A stretch of DNA of 64,000 nt from Tortispora ganteri (lineage: Eukaryota): positions 1 through 64,000 of the forward strand of contig PPNB01000010.1 in the NCBI GenBank assembly GCA_003707115.1, written 5' to 3'. The notes under the pieces were generated by a model. That model saw only the letters and a program-made list of their open reading frames with translations, made no database searches and was not told the origin of the DNA. Position 1 is the stretch's first letter. Every line of letters starts with the position of its first letter. The position numbers and the translations under genes are program-made. Below are positions 1-12,800 of the stretch, in pieces.

Positions 1-3000
1 ATGTACGAATTGGTCCGTGTAGGCCACGACAATCTCGTGGGCGAAGTCATCCGTATCGAAGGTGATAAGGCCACCATTCAGGTATACGAGGAAACTGCTG
101 GTCTCACTGTGGGAGATCCCGTGCTTCGCACTGGAAAACCTCTCTCGGTAGAACTCGGTCCCGGTCTTATGGAGAATATCTATGACGGTATCCAGCGTCC
201 TTTGAGAGCCATTCAACAGATTGCCGACTCTATCTACATCCCTAGAGGTATCGACACCCCATCCTTGAGCCGTGAGATCAAGTTTGACTTCACTCCAGGC
301 TCTCTTAAGGTTGGTGATCATATCTCTGGTGGTGATATTTACGGCACAGTCTTCGAGAACTCTTTGGTGTCCAAACACAATATCTTGCTGCCTCCCAGAG
401 CTAGGGGTACTATCACTCACATTGCCGAGGCTGGTAGCTACAACGTTGATGATACTGTTCTCGAAGTGGAATTCAATGGCAAAACCAGCAAGTACTCTCT
501 CATGCACACATGGCCCGTGCGTGTACCTCGCCCGGTCACTGAAAAACTATCTGCTCATCATCCTTTACTCACCGGCCAACGTGTTCTAGATGCCCTCTTT
601 CCCTGTGTCCAAGGTGGTACTACTTGTATCCCTGGAGCTTTCGGCTGCGGCAAAACTGTAATCTCACAGGCTTTATCTAAGTACTCGAACTCCGATATTA
701 TTATCTATGTCGGTTGTTTTGCCGAAGGTACCAAAGTCATCATGGCTGACGGCTCCGACATGCCTATTGAAAATATCCAAATTGGTGACTCGGTCATGGG
801 ATCTGACGGCCTTCCTCGTAAAGTCGTCGATCTACCTCGCGGTGTGGACGACATGTATTTGGTTAGCGAGAAAGATTCTGCTCAGCCTCAAATCTCCTTT
901 ACATGCAATGCTACCCACGATTTGATTCTCAAGACTCCTCAATCTGTCTCAATCTCTACAGATAATGAGCAAACCTCAGTATCGTTCTTGCACCGCGTGA
1001 ACCGTCAAGTAGGATCCATTGAATCTGGAAGCTGCAGAGTCATCGAAATTGTCGAAAGAACTTCTGTTTCGTTTTCTCATACTCAACTTGGTGCAGAAAC
1101 CGCACGCGTTAAAGCGAATCAATTGGCCAATTCCGTCGATGATTCTGATTTACACTGGACTATAGAGGCACGTGACGTAACTCTCATGTCTGAGGAAGTT
1201 CGCAATGCATCGGTACAGTCAATCAGCCCTATTCTACTCGAGAACGAGCGCCTTGCTAGTTATTTGAACTCTAATGGCTTGAATGCCCAATTAGCTCCAC
1301 AAATTGCTTATCTCCTTGGATCTATCATCGGATCTTCTATGCAGTCATCTGCTATTTGCACAAATGATTCTGAACTCGTAGACCAGGCTGAGAAATTTGC
1401 TGAAAAGGCTGGTCTTCATTTGAGGAAATCTGTAAAAGAATCAGGAACTATCATCAACTTTGAATCCAGTCTTATCCCTCTGCAAGGCATGGTTTTCGAT
1501 GTCAAACTTTCCAACTCATCGATGTCTTTCAATGAAGGATTTTTCCACTCTAAGACCAATTCTCAGATTGATTTGGCCAAGATTGCTCGCGAGTTAGGTG
1601 TTAATTCTAAAACGATCCCTACTACTTTCACTCGCGAATCTATGAAAGTCAGAGAGAGTTTGGCTGCTGGCATTGTTGATGCTGCGGGTACTGTCGACTT
1701 TAGCGAATCTGAGATTATCGCGAAAGTTAGCTTAGTTTCTGAGGCTGTTTCGGGATTTGTTAATTTAGCACGCTCACTTGGTATTCGTGCCTCAGTTCCT
1801 CAAGAGAATACTGTAATCATCTCCGGAAAAGAAGCTCTTCAATCAGTTCTAAGCAATTGCGCTATATCTCGCAATAAGACCGATGCTCCTGGATCCTTTA
1901 CACGCCAGGCTCAGGATTTGATATTTGATATCAGCCCCCTCGAACGAGCTAAGTACTTTGGTATTTCTCTGGAAAAGGCTTCTGATCATCAGTTTATGCT
2001 TTCCAACATGACTCTGGTACATAATTGCGGTGAACGTGGCAACGAGATGGCTGAAGTTCTTATGGATTTTCCGGAACTTTCTATTGACATTGATGGACGT
2101 AAGGAGCCCATTATGAAGCGTACTGCTTTGGTCGCCAACACCTCTAATATGCCTGTCGCTGCTCGTGAGGCTTCTATCTATACTGGTATTACACTTTCTG
2201 AGTACTTCCGTGACCAAGGCAAAGATGTTGCTATGATGGCTGATTCGTCATCACGTTGGGCTGAGGCTTTACGTGAAATTTCCGGCCGTTTAGGTGAAAT
2301 GCCTGCTGATCAAGGTTATCCCGCTTACCTTGGAGCTAAGCTAGCATCCTTCTACGAAAGAGCTGGCGCCGCTGTCTGTCTTGGTAATCCATCCCGCCAT
2401 GGTTCAGTAACTGTGGTAGGAGCTGTATCACCTCCTGGTGGTGATTTCTCTGACCCTGTTACCTCAGCAACTCTTGGTATTACTCAAGTGTTCTGGGGTC
2501 TTGACAAGAAGCTCGCACAACGCAAGCATTTCCCCTCAGTCAACACTTCGCTGTCTTATTCGAAATACATGAATTCTCTCTCCAAGTACTACGAAGACAA
2601 TTATCCAGAGTTCCCTGACCTCCGTGACAAAGTGAAGGAGATTATTTCTAATGCCGAGGAACTTGAGCAAGTCGTTCAACTTGTTGGTAAGAGTGCGCTT
2701 TCAGATGGCGATAAAATTACATTAGACGTCAGCTCTTTGATTCAGGAGGATTTTTTGCAGCAGAATGGATATTCCACCTATGATGCTTTCTGCCCTATTT
2801 GGAAGACCAATGCTATGATGAAGAACTTGATCACATACTACGATGAGGCTCAAAAGGCCGTTGCTGCTGGATCTGCATGGAACAAATTAGCTGAGGCTAC
2901 AGCTGATATCAAGCACGCATTATCTTCGCAGAAGTTCTTTGAGCCGAGTTTGGGTGAAGAGGCTCTGAACAAGGAGTTTGGTGCGTTGAACCAGCGTATT

Positions 3001-3030
3001 ACCGATAGTTTTGCTGCAGCAGCTGAATAA
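1..3030 (+). CDS. VMA1: V-type ATPase catalytic subunit A with VMA1 intein; 5' end truncated by window edge
   Basis: Walker [19 protein letters not shown] and [10 protein letters not shown] motifs. The first Met (MYELVRVG) corresponds to an internal Met about 45 aa into other yeast Vma1 proteins. Intein inserted after IIIYVG. Confidence 0.98.
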   Translation: MYELVRVGHDNLVGEVIRIEGDKATIQVYEETAGLTVGDPVLRTGKPLSVELGPGLMENIYDGIQRPLRAIQQIADSIYIPRGIDTPSLSREIKFDFTPGSLKVGDHISGGDIYGTVFENSLVSKHNILLPPRARGTITHIAEAGSYNVDDTVLEVEFNGKTSKYSLMHTWPVRVPRPVTEKLSAHHPLLTGQRVLDALFPCVQGGTTCIPGAFGCGKTVISQALSKYSNSDIIIYVGCFAEGTKVIMADGSDMPIENIQIGDSVMGSDGLPRKVVDLPRGVDDMYLVSEKDSAQPQISFTCNATHDLILKTPQSVSISTDNEQTSVSFLHRVNRQVGSIESGSCRVIEIVERTSVSFSHTQLGAETARVKANQLANSVDDSDLHWTIEARDVTLMSEEVRNASVQSISPILLENERLASYLNSNGLNAQLAPQIAYLLGSIIGSSMQSSAICTNDSELVDQAEKFAEKAGLHLRKSVKESGTIINFESSLIPLQGMVFDVKLSNSSMSFNEGFFHSKTNSQIDLAKIARELGVNSKTIPTTFTRESMKVRESLAAGIVDAAGTVDFSESEIIAKVSLVSEAVSGFVNLARSLGIRASVPQENTVIISGKEALQSVLSNCAISRNKTDAPGSFTRQAQDLIFDISPLERAKYFGISLEKASDHQFMLSNMTLVHNCGERGNEMAEVLMDFPELSIDIDGRKEPIMKRTALVANTSNMPVAAREASIYTGITLSEYFRDQGKDVAMMADSSSRWAEALREISGRLGEMPADQGYPAYLGAKLASFYERAGAAVCLGNPSRHGSVTVVGAVSPPGGDFSDPVTSATLGITQVFWGLDKKLAQRKHFPSVNTSLSYSKYMNSLSKYYEDNYPEFPDLRDKVKEIISNAEELEQVVQLVGKSALSDGDKITLDVSSLIQEDFLQQNGYSTYDAFCPIWKTNAMMKNLITYYDEAQKAVAAGSAWNKLAEATADIKHALSSQKFFEPSLGEEALNKEFGALNQRITDSFAAAAE
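715..2025 (+). mobile_element. VMA1 intein (VDE/PI-SceI-type), 437 aa, homing endonuclease apparently degenerate
   Basis: Starts [13 protein letters not shown] (block A), has block [10 protein letters not shown], ends TLVHN followed by extein Cys. LAGLIDADG-like blocks read [12 protein letters not shown] and [10 protein letters not shown]. Confidence 0.97.
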
Positions 3031-3115
3031 AGGGAGAGTGATCCCCATACTGAATCGATACTTATTACATTTTATTCGTGCTCTAGTAACCTGTATGGAT
3101 TTATAAGTCATAGAA

Positions 3116-4504
3116 TTATAGAATTCCTTGTTTTTTGAGGTCTTCATAAATCTTAGCGCTCATTACGTTACCATTTTCGTCTTCCATTTCCACGGCGTTT
3201 TCTTCCTTGGATCTCTCCTTTCTTTGATTAGTTTTGATAATATTCCATAGATCCAAAGCTTCTTGAATAGATGTAATTTCTTTCATGGCTTCAGGAGATT
3301 GTATTCCTAAGACGTTTAGTCCATTAAAGTGTCTCTGCTCCGTAAAGTGCTGTTCAAAGGCTTTGCGACCTCTGTACAGGTAATTTCCGCAAATTTCGCA
3401 TGTGAACTCCATATTGAGGCCTTGTAACTTATAAAGCCATAAAGGAATAGGTTTTCCATCCCATCCTAAAGGAACTTTCAAGGGATTATGAGACTTCGTA
3501 AAGTCATCCGAGTCAGAGTCAGAATCGATTTCGAGCTTTGATTCAAACATACTAGGATCATAATACTCAGTTCGAATCGCTTGTTGTTCGAGCTGTCGTT
3601 CGCGAGTTGTCATTGCTTGTTTTCGTTCGTTATTCTCCACGGTAGCCTTTATCACTGGCCTGAGATATTCAGCTATCTTTAGAATGCAGTACAACGTGAG
3701 TTGTTTTTTGTATTCAGGTGTTTCAAGTTTGATATCAGACGTATGCAAGTCCGTAGAGACAGTTTGTGCATTCCGTATATGCTTTTTGCCTCGCAAATGG
3801 CTTTCGTACGTAGTATTTTTGAAATGCTTCTGGCAAGCATCGCAGAACGTGAACTCTGATCCAGAGGCGGGAGCAATTCCATCAATTTTGCCTTTCTTAG
3901 CAATCCATTGATTCTGAAAATCTGCTTCGGTTTGGGTAAGGAACTTGTCTAGATCATAGAGCGGGTCTGATCGTCGAATGAAGTCAACCAAGTAAGACCG
4001 CAAATCCATGAGGAATGCAAGGTATGACTGTCCAGAATCAGGAAGATCACGGACAAGCGTGTCAAAAGATGTGACAAAACTGTTGTAATTAACAGTAGAG
4101 GCACCTTTTAGGGATGTGTAGGTTTCGAAAAGTAGATTTAGATCCAGACATTTTCCAAAGACTTCTTCGTCAGTGAATCGTACTAAGGCTGGGTCGTTAT
4201 CTGTTTGCCACGGCAGTTTAGAGTACGTATTATCAGATATGTTTCGGTCTGGGTAAGTCACATAGCTGAGTTTTAAGCGTTTGTATTCGCGATCAAAGTC
4301 AGATATATTCCTTAGTTCTTTCTCTATGGGGTTGCTGGTGATAAATTCAGCTTGGAGGAAGGCGTCGTCTAAGAACCGCTTTATTTGGTGTTCAACACAT
4401 TTCTGCGCGTACCTTCCTCTAGGAGGTTTTCTTATGCGATCGGCAATAGCTTGTTCAAGACGTTCTATATCCTCATAAGCATTCCGTAGAGTCTCCATGT
4501 CCAA
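3116..4504 (-). CDS. PRP9: U2 snRNP SF3a subunit (SF3a60/Prp9)
   Basis: NPLKVPLGWDGKPIPLWLYKLQGL, CEICGN...HFTEQRH zinc finger, C-terminal EMEDENGNVM...YEDLKKQGIL. Confidence 0.95.
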   Translation of the reverse strand: MDMETLRNAYEDIERLEQAIADRIRKPPRGRYAQKCVEHQIKRFLDDAFLQAEFITSNPIEKELRNISDFDREYKRLKLSYVTYPDRNISDNTYSKLPWQTDNDPALVRFTDEEVFGKCLDLNLLFETYTSLKGASTVNYNSFVTSFDTLVRDLPDSGQSYLAFLMDLRSYLVDFIRRSDPLYDLDKFLTQTEADFQNQWIAKKGKIDGIAPASGSEFTFCDACQKHFKNTTYESHLRGKKHIRNAQTVSTDLHTSDIKLETPEYKKQLTLYCILKIAEYLRPVIKATVENNERKQAMTTRERQLEQQAIRTEYYDPSMFESKLEIDSDSDSDDFTKSHNPLKVPLGWDGKPIPLWLYKLQGLNMEFTCEICGNYLYRGRKAFEQHFTEQRHFNGLNVLGIQSPEAMKEITSIQEALDLWNIIKTNQRKERSKEENAVEMEDENGNVMSAKIYEDLKKQGIL

Positions 4505-5629
4505 TGGTCGAATGTTAGATAGACGTCCTGGTTTGTGCGGATTAACCTTTTAGTTCTAGGAAAGCTACTTAGTCTCGGAAGAGGTAGACGTTGTTGCAGT
4601 GAATGTGCTAATTTCAAGAATAACAGCCTCCCGAACCAATTAGAAGAAATTTGGTTTTTCTTAGCCTTTCATTCAAAAGCTCTAAGCCTGAGAATGTGTA
4701 CTTAGAGTGTCTAGAACCGCTATTGCACGATCGGCTATGATTATCAAGATTCACCGGAAAACCGGCCGATATAATCAAATACAATCATAATGTATAGAGA
4801 GCACTACAGAAAAGAATAAAAACTGTCACTAACTACGTTTAACTGTATTTAAAACTAAATACAGACCTAGTTTCTTTGAATTGGTCGTGTTAAACCGCAG
4901 CAATCATATACCCCAGCGATCTGCTCTCTGAATACAAGAAGCTAAGGTAAATAGGTCTATGTTTAAGGTAGACTGTAAAATTAAGCAATATTACTATAAT
5001 AGTCACTATTATTCAGTAGATTCCTTTAATATTACATTAATGCTAATCTATCTGTGCAATATATGACTTTATTTCTACATACGACATATGATGCTACTAA
5101 CGCCAGTTTTACCCTTCAAAAGATTTACAGATAAGCTATATTAGAGTCTATATGTTGATTGTTAATAGTATATCTTTCTTAATTTCCTATTGCATTTTGT
5201 TAAAGAAATAACCAAAACATATGCCTCCATCCGTATTGAAGTGTCGCTTAAATACAATTGGCCAATAAAATCTGTTCGCTTACCAAATATAAAAACGGTT
5301 CAAACTAGGCCAATAAATTATAGCAAAACAAAATTTAAGGTTTCCATTGGTTTTGACCAATCACAAATCCTCAATATCAGGTTAGGGCTGCACATATTTA
5401 ATAGCAGGGTTTAGGGTATTATAAGACTGACCATTCAGAGGCAATTATTAAAAATATTAGGGTATATCACATGACTAATATTAGCCACTAGGAGGCACTG
5501 TGAGATAGATCGTATCTGGCTTTCTTACTCTGTGCGGATGAGCTTTACTTCAGAAGAAGCGGAAAGCAGTATACAGTCTCAATTTACGAACCATCCTAAC
5601 GTCCAGTCCATAAATTAAACCTATTCACA

Positions 5630-5740
5630 GCTAAAGAGTATAAGTGATCAAATTGAAGAGGTAAAATACCTCCATTTATGCTAAAGAGTATAAGTGATCA
5701 AATTGAAGAGGTAAAATACCTCCATTTATGCTAAAGAGTA
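5630..5740. repeat. Perfect 50-bp tandem duplication (2 copies plus 11 bp)
   Basis: GCTAAAGAGTATAAGTGATCAAATTGAAGAGGTAAAATACCTCCATTTAT at 5630-5679 and 5680-5729, then GCTAAAGAGTA at 5730-5740. Confidence 0.95.
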
Positions 5741-5884
5741 GCGTCATTAGCTCAAATATATATATCGCTTAAGGCATGGTGCTGGTGAGAAATAAGGTTT
5801 GGGAAGTCTCAACTGCATTTTTCCCGTTTAGGACATTTGACATATATCGTAGTCAAACCTATACATTGAAATCGCGCGTCTGTT

Positions 5885-6532
5885 ATGATGTTCACAGAGA
5901 GTATAGGGCAGGATGTACCTAAATGTAAGCGTGAAAATACTCAAAGTAGTATGAGGAGCGTCAGCAGTAAACTTGCGAGCGTCAAGCTTGCACCAAAGGT
6001 GGATTGGAGTAAGGTAGAAACGTCTGACGATGGAGTCAAACAGAGTAAACTAAAGAAAGACATGGTAAAGCGATATAAACATATTGGTAAGCTAAGCAAC
6101 AATGCTTTCAATACAATGACTCCAATTAAACAACACAAGAGGGTGAAATCCGAAGACCTGTTACGTGAAAAGTATCAGAAAGAAACGTTGTCAAAACGTA
6201 AGTCATTACCTGAACTCAGACCCGCACCTTTACAGCCAAAACCAGTTAGCAATCAGGTTAAAGATATTCCTGAGAATATTTTGGAAATAGCGCAGACTGT
6301 AAATCTTGAAAACGAATCTACTGATTCCAATATTGGAAGACAGTTCACTGCTGAAGAGGACTTCTTTATACTGGAATGCAAGAAGTGTGGTATTTCGTAC
6401 CGTCAGATGTCTGAGCTTCTAAACAATTCGCGATCCCCATACTCGTTCCAACAGCGATATTTGCGGTACCTGAAGAAATCGCAGTCTGTGTGGGATACAA
6501 TACAAATCTACAGCGATAAAGGCTTGCTGTAA
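5885..6532 (+). CDS. Hypothetical basic protein with C-terminal Myb/SANT-like domain
   Basis: 215-aa ORF; RQFTAEEDFFIL...ISYRQMSELL..RSPYSFQQRYLRYL fits a Myb-like helix-turn-helix. Confidence 0.65.
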   Translation: MMFTESIGQDVPKCKRENTQSSMRSVSSKLASVKLAPKVDWSKVETSDDGVKQSKLKKDMVKRYKHIGKLSNNAFNTMTPIKQHKRVKSEDLLREKYQKETLSKRKSLPELRPAPLQPKPVSNQVKDIPENILEIAQTVNLENESTDSNIGRQFTAEEDFFILECKKCGISYRQMSELLNNSRSPYSFQQRYLRYLKKSQSVWDTIQIYSDKGLL

Positions 6533-6825
6533 GCGATTAACCATGTGTCTGGCTTTCCGTTTGTAAGTGCACACGTTGCAATAATCACAACATCAGTTAT
6601 ATAATCTCATTAGAATCTTGCATACTATTAAAAAGGCCCAAATTATGGTGTTTAATGTCTGCTTATTGATGATGTCGGATGAAGAGTTGCAGCTTTACGT
6701 CGACCTCCCAACTTCTCTAAGAAGTTTACTTCTACCAATCACTACTTTCGATCCGTTTTCAATATTCTTAGAAGAAGTCTGCATCAACAGTATTTCTATT
6801 CGATCAAAATTTAAGAATTTGCGAT

Positions 6826-9800
6826 ATGGATTCGAAATTACCGCCTGCACCTCCGCCACCGCCTGCACCATCAGCAGCGCTGTCGTCGAATGGTTCTACG
6901 AATGTTACGAATGGCAATACTAAAAACTCTCAACTATTAGTTAAAAAGAGGAAATGGCTGAAAATACAGAAACAGAAACATATAGGGACCAAAAGAAAAC
7001 GAAAAGTGACTTATGTTCACAGCAATAGACTTGAAATGCCTGCCGAGCATCTGCGGAAGATAATAACAGATCATGGCGACATGTCTTCCAACAGGTTCTC
7101 GTCGGACAAGCGTGTATACTTGGGTGCTCTCAAGTACATGCCCCATGCCGTATTTAAGCTACTAGAGAATATGCCGCAACCATGGGAAGAAGTAAAAGAA
7201 GTTAAGGCGTTGTACCACGTTTCCGGCGCTATCACGTTTGTTAATGAGACTCCTAGAGTAATACCGCCTGTATATACAGCACAATGGGCTGCTACGTGGC
7301 TGATGATGCGCCGAGAAAAGAGAGACAGAAAACATTTTAGACGCATGCGCTTCCCTCCATTTGATGATGAAGAACCACCTATATCTTGGTCCGAGAACAT
7401 CCAGCATTTGGATCTCCCTGAACCTATACAACTCGATCTTGATGAAGACGAGGATAAAGATGTTATAGATTGGTTATATGACTCTAGACCTCTTGCAGAA
7501 GACTCTCAATACACAAACGGCCCCTCATACCGTAAATGGAATCTTACTGTTCCGCAATTGACTACTCTTCATAGACTATCAACTCCTCTTTTACCTGACA
7601 TCAACGATCCGAATTATCGCCTTCTCTTCGATGAAAATGCCCTCTTCACAGCTAAAGCTCTTAATGTCGCAATACCCGGTGGCCCTAAATTTGAGCCTTT
7701 ATATAAAGACACACATTCTATGGATGAAGACTATGGAGAGTTTAACAGTATTGATAGAATCATCTTCAGACAGCAAATACGCACAGAATATCGCGTATTC
7801 TATCCTCACCTCTATAATTCTTTACCTCGATCGGTAAAACTTGTCTGGCACTCATACCCATTGTCTGTCACAATCAAACAGCCTGATCCTGAACTTCCTG
7901 CATTCATTTTTGACTCTGCTCTAAGTATAATTAATTTCGATGAGCTAACGGTCAATTCTAGTCGTTCAGATATTCTAGAATTTGACGAACCTAAGGTAAA
8001 TATAAAGCCATTATTGTCTGATTACGATTACACTGATGATTATGTCTCTTCTGCTATTGACTTGTTTAATTCAAATTATCCTTTCAATTCTAGGTCTGGT
8101 AAAACTTCAAGAGCAGAAGATGTGCCACTAATCAAGAACTGGTACCTCAATCATCCACCGCCTGGATATCCTGTTAAAGTGCGCGTGTCTTATCAAAAAC
8201 TTCTTAAAACTCACGTTCTGAATTTTTTACACAAGCAACCTCCTGTTAATCAGCGCAAAGAAAATTTACTGAAAAATCTACGAGGAACTAAGTTCTTTCA
8301 GCAGACTACAATTGACTGGGTAGAAGCTGGACTCCAGCTTTGCAGGCAAGGCCATAATATGCTGAACCTCCTCATACATCGTAAAGGGCTGACATATTTA
8401 CATCTCGATTACAATTTTAACCTGAAACCTACTAAAACATTGACTACAAAGGAACGAAAGCGGTCCAGATTTGGTCATGCATTCCATCTAATGAGAGAGC
8501 TGCTGAGGCTAACGAAGCTCATTGTCGACTGCCATGTTCAGTACCGGTTAGGAAATATTGATGCATACCAGCTGGCCGATGGATTGCACTATATTTTCAA
8601 CCACGTTGGTCAACTCACAGGTATATACCGATATAAGTACCGAATTATGCACCAAATCCGCGCCTGCAAAGATCTCAAACACGTTATATATTACAGGTTC
8701 AATGCTAATATTGGAAAAGGTCCTGGTGTAGGGTTCTGGCAACCTTCCTGGAAAATTTGGCTCTCATTATTACGTGGTACGATCCCTCTCTTGGAACAAT
8801 GGCTAGGTAATTTGTTAGCTCGACAGTTTGAGGGACGCAATTCTAAAGGAGTAGCTAAGACTATCACCAAGCAACGTGTGGAAAGTTACTACGACCTTGA
8901 ACTTCGCGCTTCAGTAATGAACGACATTCTTGATATGATTCCTGAAGGAATAAGACAAAACAAAGCCAAAACAATTCTTCAGCACTTGTCAGAAGCCTGG
9001 AGATGCTGGAAGGCAAATATACCATGGAAAGTGCCTGGTTTGCCTCCGCCAATTGAAAGTATGATTCTTCGCTATGTAAAAGCTAAAGCGGATACTTGGA
9101 TCTCTGCAGCTCACTTTAATAGAGATAGGATCAAACGGGGCGCAACTATTGACCGTACAGCTGCAAAGAAGAATCTAGGCCGGCTTACGCGACTCTGGAT
9201 GAAGGAAGAACATGAAAGACAGAGCAACTATTTGAAGGATGGTCCATATGTATCCCCTGAAGAAGGAGTTGCTATTTACACCGCAATGGTACATTGGCTC
9301 GAGTCTCGGAGATTTTCGCCAATTCCATTTCCTCCTCCTAGTTACAAACATGATACAAAACTATTAGTTCTTGCTTTGGAAAGTCTGCGAGAAGTTATCA
9401 ATGTCGACGGACTTTTAAACCAAGCAGATCGCGAAGAATTGGCTCTTATTGAACAAGGTTATGATAATCCTCATGAAACTCTTAATAGGATAAAAAAGCT
9501 CATACTTACTCAACGTGCTTTTAAAGAAGTCTCAATTGAAATGGCAGATCATTACAGTTATATTTCTCCCGTATATATAATTGACCCTCTTGAGAAATTA
9601 ACGGACGCCTACATCGACCAGTATCTTTGGTACGAAGCAGATAAGCGAAATCTTTTCCCTAACTGGGTGAAGCCTTCAGATTCAGAAATTGCTCCTTTAT
9701 TTGTATATAAATTCTGCTCTGCTATAAATAATCTTGAAGATGTTTGGGATACATCTAATGGAGAGCGAAATGTCTTTTTGCAAACCGAGTTGCAAAAAAT

Positions 9801-12800
9801 GGCAGAAAAAATCGACTTAACATTGCTTAATCGTCTACTACGTTTGATTATTGATCCTAACATTGCGGACTATATTACAGCAAAGACTAATGTAAGTCTG
9901 ACATATAAGGATATGAGTCATGTTAACTCTTATGGATTCATCAAGGGCGTGAGGTTCGCTCCGTTTGTTTTACAATATTATGGCTTAATGGTGGATATTC
10001 TTTTGCTAGGTTTGAACCGTGCTAGTGAAATTGCAGGTCCACCCGAATCTCCTAATCAATTTGGCAAATTTCAGAATCGAGATATAGAAAAAAGCCACCC
10101 TATCAGGCTATATGCCCGATATGCTGACAAAGTATTCATATTTTTCCGATTTGACCAAGAAGATTCTGAGGAACTTGTACAACGATTTCTACAGGAGAAT
10201 CCAGATTCGTCATTTGAGTCCGTTGCTACTTACAACAACAAGCGCTGCTGGCCAAGAGATTTACGCATGAAACTGATCAGAACAGACGTGAATTTAGGAA
10301 GAGCTGTGTTCTGGCAGATGAAAGATAGACTTCCACGGTCTATCAGCACCATGGAATGGGACCGCTCATTTGCTTCTGTTTATTCAATTGATAATCCTAA
10401 TTTGCTATTCAGCATTTGTGGGTTTGAAGTTCGTATATTGCCTAGATGTCGAGTGACTGGATCAATGCATGTGAAGGACAGTGCTTGGGGTCTGGTGAAT
10501 GATTCCTCACTTGACAGAACTGCTTATGCATTTTTAAGAGTCTCTGATGAAGAGATTGAAAACTTCAATAACAGAATACGCACCATTCTTATGTCTTCTG
10601 GGTCTACCACATTTGCCAAAGTGGCTAATCGCTGGAATACAGCTCTTGTTGCTCTATTTACGTATTTTAGAGAAGCTATTATTTCAACTGAGTCATTGCT
10701 CGATGTACTGGTGAAATGTGAAACTAAAATACAGACGCGGGTAAAGATTGGCCTAAATTCGAAAATGCCTTCACGATTCCCTCCCGCTGTCTTTTATACT
10801 CCTAAAGAACTTGGAGGACTAGGCATGTTGTCGGCCAGCCATATACTTATTCCAATATCTGACTTGCGTTGGTCGAAGCAGACCGATACAGGAATCACTC
10901 ATTTCAGAAGTGGAATGTCACACGAAGAAAATAATGTGATACCTAATTTATTTAGGTACATTACTCCATGGGATGCCGAGTTTGGTGAGTCCAAACGTAT
11001 ATGGGCTGATTATGCTATGAAACGCAGAGAAGCCATGGAAGAAAACAGAAGACTTACAATGGATGATCTTTCAGATTCCTGGGATCGCGGCGTTCCTCGT
11101 ATTAATACTCTATTCCAAAAGGACAGACAAACGCTTGCATACGACAAAGGCCATCGTTTGCGCTTGGAGTTCAGGAAATATACTACAACGAGATCGATTC
11201 CTTTTTGGTGGACGTCGAATAGGCATGATGGAAAGCTCTGGAACTTGAATGCTTATCGCACAGATGTGATACAAGCTCTTGGTGGTATTGAAACTATTTT
11301 AGAGCATACACTTTTCAGAGCTACTGGATTCCCGAATTGGGAAGGCTTGTTCTGGGAGAAGGCATCTGGATATGAAGAGTCTATGAAATTCAAAAAGCTG
11401 ACCAATGCTCAAAGGAGTGGTCTGAACCAAATCCCGAATCGTCGGTTTACCTTATGGTGGTCACCAACTATAAATAGGGCCAACGTTTACGTCGGATTCC
11501 TGGTTCAACTGGATTTGACCGGAATTTTTCTACACGGCAAGATCCCAACTCTAAAAATCTCACTTATTCAAATATTTCGCGCCCATTTATGGCAGAAGAT
11601 ACACGAAAGCGTTGTATTTGATATTTGTCAGGTCTTAGATCAGGAATTAGAAGCTCTTCAGATCGAAAGCGTTCAAAAGGAGACTATTCATCCGAGGAAA
11701 TCTTACAAAATGAACTCTTCTTGTGCTGATATTACTCTTAATGCTGCATACAACTGGAATATGTCAAAGCCTTCGCTTCTAACTGACAGCAACGATAATA
11801 TGTCTTTTACTTCTGGTCAAAAATATTGGATTGACGTGCAATTGCGGTATGGAGACTTCGACAGTCATGATATATCGCGCTATACCCGCGCAAAATTCTT
11901 GGATTATACATCAGATAGCATGAGTATATATCCCTCACCGACGGGCTTAATGGTCGGCATTGATCTAGCCTATAACATTTACGATGCGTACGGTAACTGG
12001 TTTCCAGGAATGAAGCCATTGATGCAACAAGCCATGTCGAAGATCATGAGGTCCAATCCAGCCTTATATGTTCTAAGGGAGAGAATCCGTAAAGGACTGC
12101 AGTTATATTCTGCTGAACCGCAAGAGTCTGTCCTTACATCGCAAAACTACGCAGAACTCTTCTCCAATAAAGTTCAACTTTTCATTGACGATAGCAATGT
12201 CTATAGAGTGATTGCGCACAAGACAATTGAAGGCAACATTACCACTAAACCGATCAATGGATGTGTATTTGTTCTTAATCCAAAGACAGGCCAGCTGTTT
12301 TTGAAAATTATGCATACCTCTGTGTGGGCAGGGCAAAAACGACTAGGGCAGCTGGCGAAATGGAAAACAGCCGAAGAAGTGGCTACACTCATTAGATCGT
12401 TACCACCCGAAGAACAACCTAATCAAGTTATCGCAACAAGGAATAGTATGATTGATCCTCTTGAGGTACATTTGCTTGATTTCCCTAACGTATCAATTCG
12501 ATCTTCTCAATTGCAGCTTCCGTTTCAATATATCATGAAAGTGGAGAAGTTAGCTGACTTAGTGCTACAAGCTACAGAGTCAAAAATGGTGTTATTCCGG
12601 TTGTACGATGATTGGCTTGAAACTATTTCACCTTACACTGCTTTTTCGCGTCTAATTTTGATTCTGAGAGCCCTTCAAGTGAATTCAGAAAAGGCAAAGG
12701 TTATTCTTCGCCCTGATCTTACAGTTATCACCAAGGAAAATCATATTTGGCCTTCATTTACTGACGAACAATGGATTGACGTGGAAGTTCAGCTGAGAGA

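Noticed and set aside
5190..5414. 74-aa ORF in the large intergenic gap
   Set aside because: Non-ATG start, AT-rich, no motif, and it overlaps promoter-like elements.
5466..5473. Point-centromere CDEI (ATCACATG)
   Set aside because: No adjacent very AT-rich CDEII or CDEIII, and point centromeres are not expected outside Saccharomycetaceae.
5630..5740. CRISPR-like array (11-bp repeats with spacers)
   Set aside because: The spacers are identical, the host is eukaryotic and there are no cas genes; it is a simple tandem duplication.
11341..11380. PRP8 intein
   Set aside because: The known insertion site FWEKA|SG is empty and the protein is of normal length.
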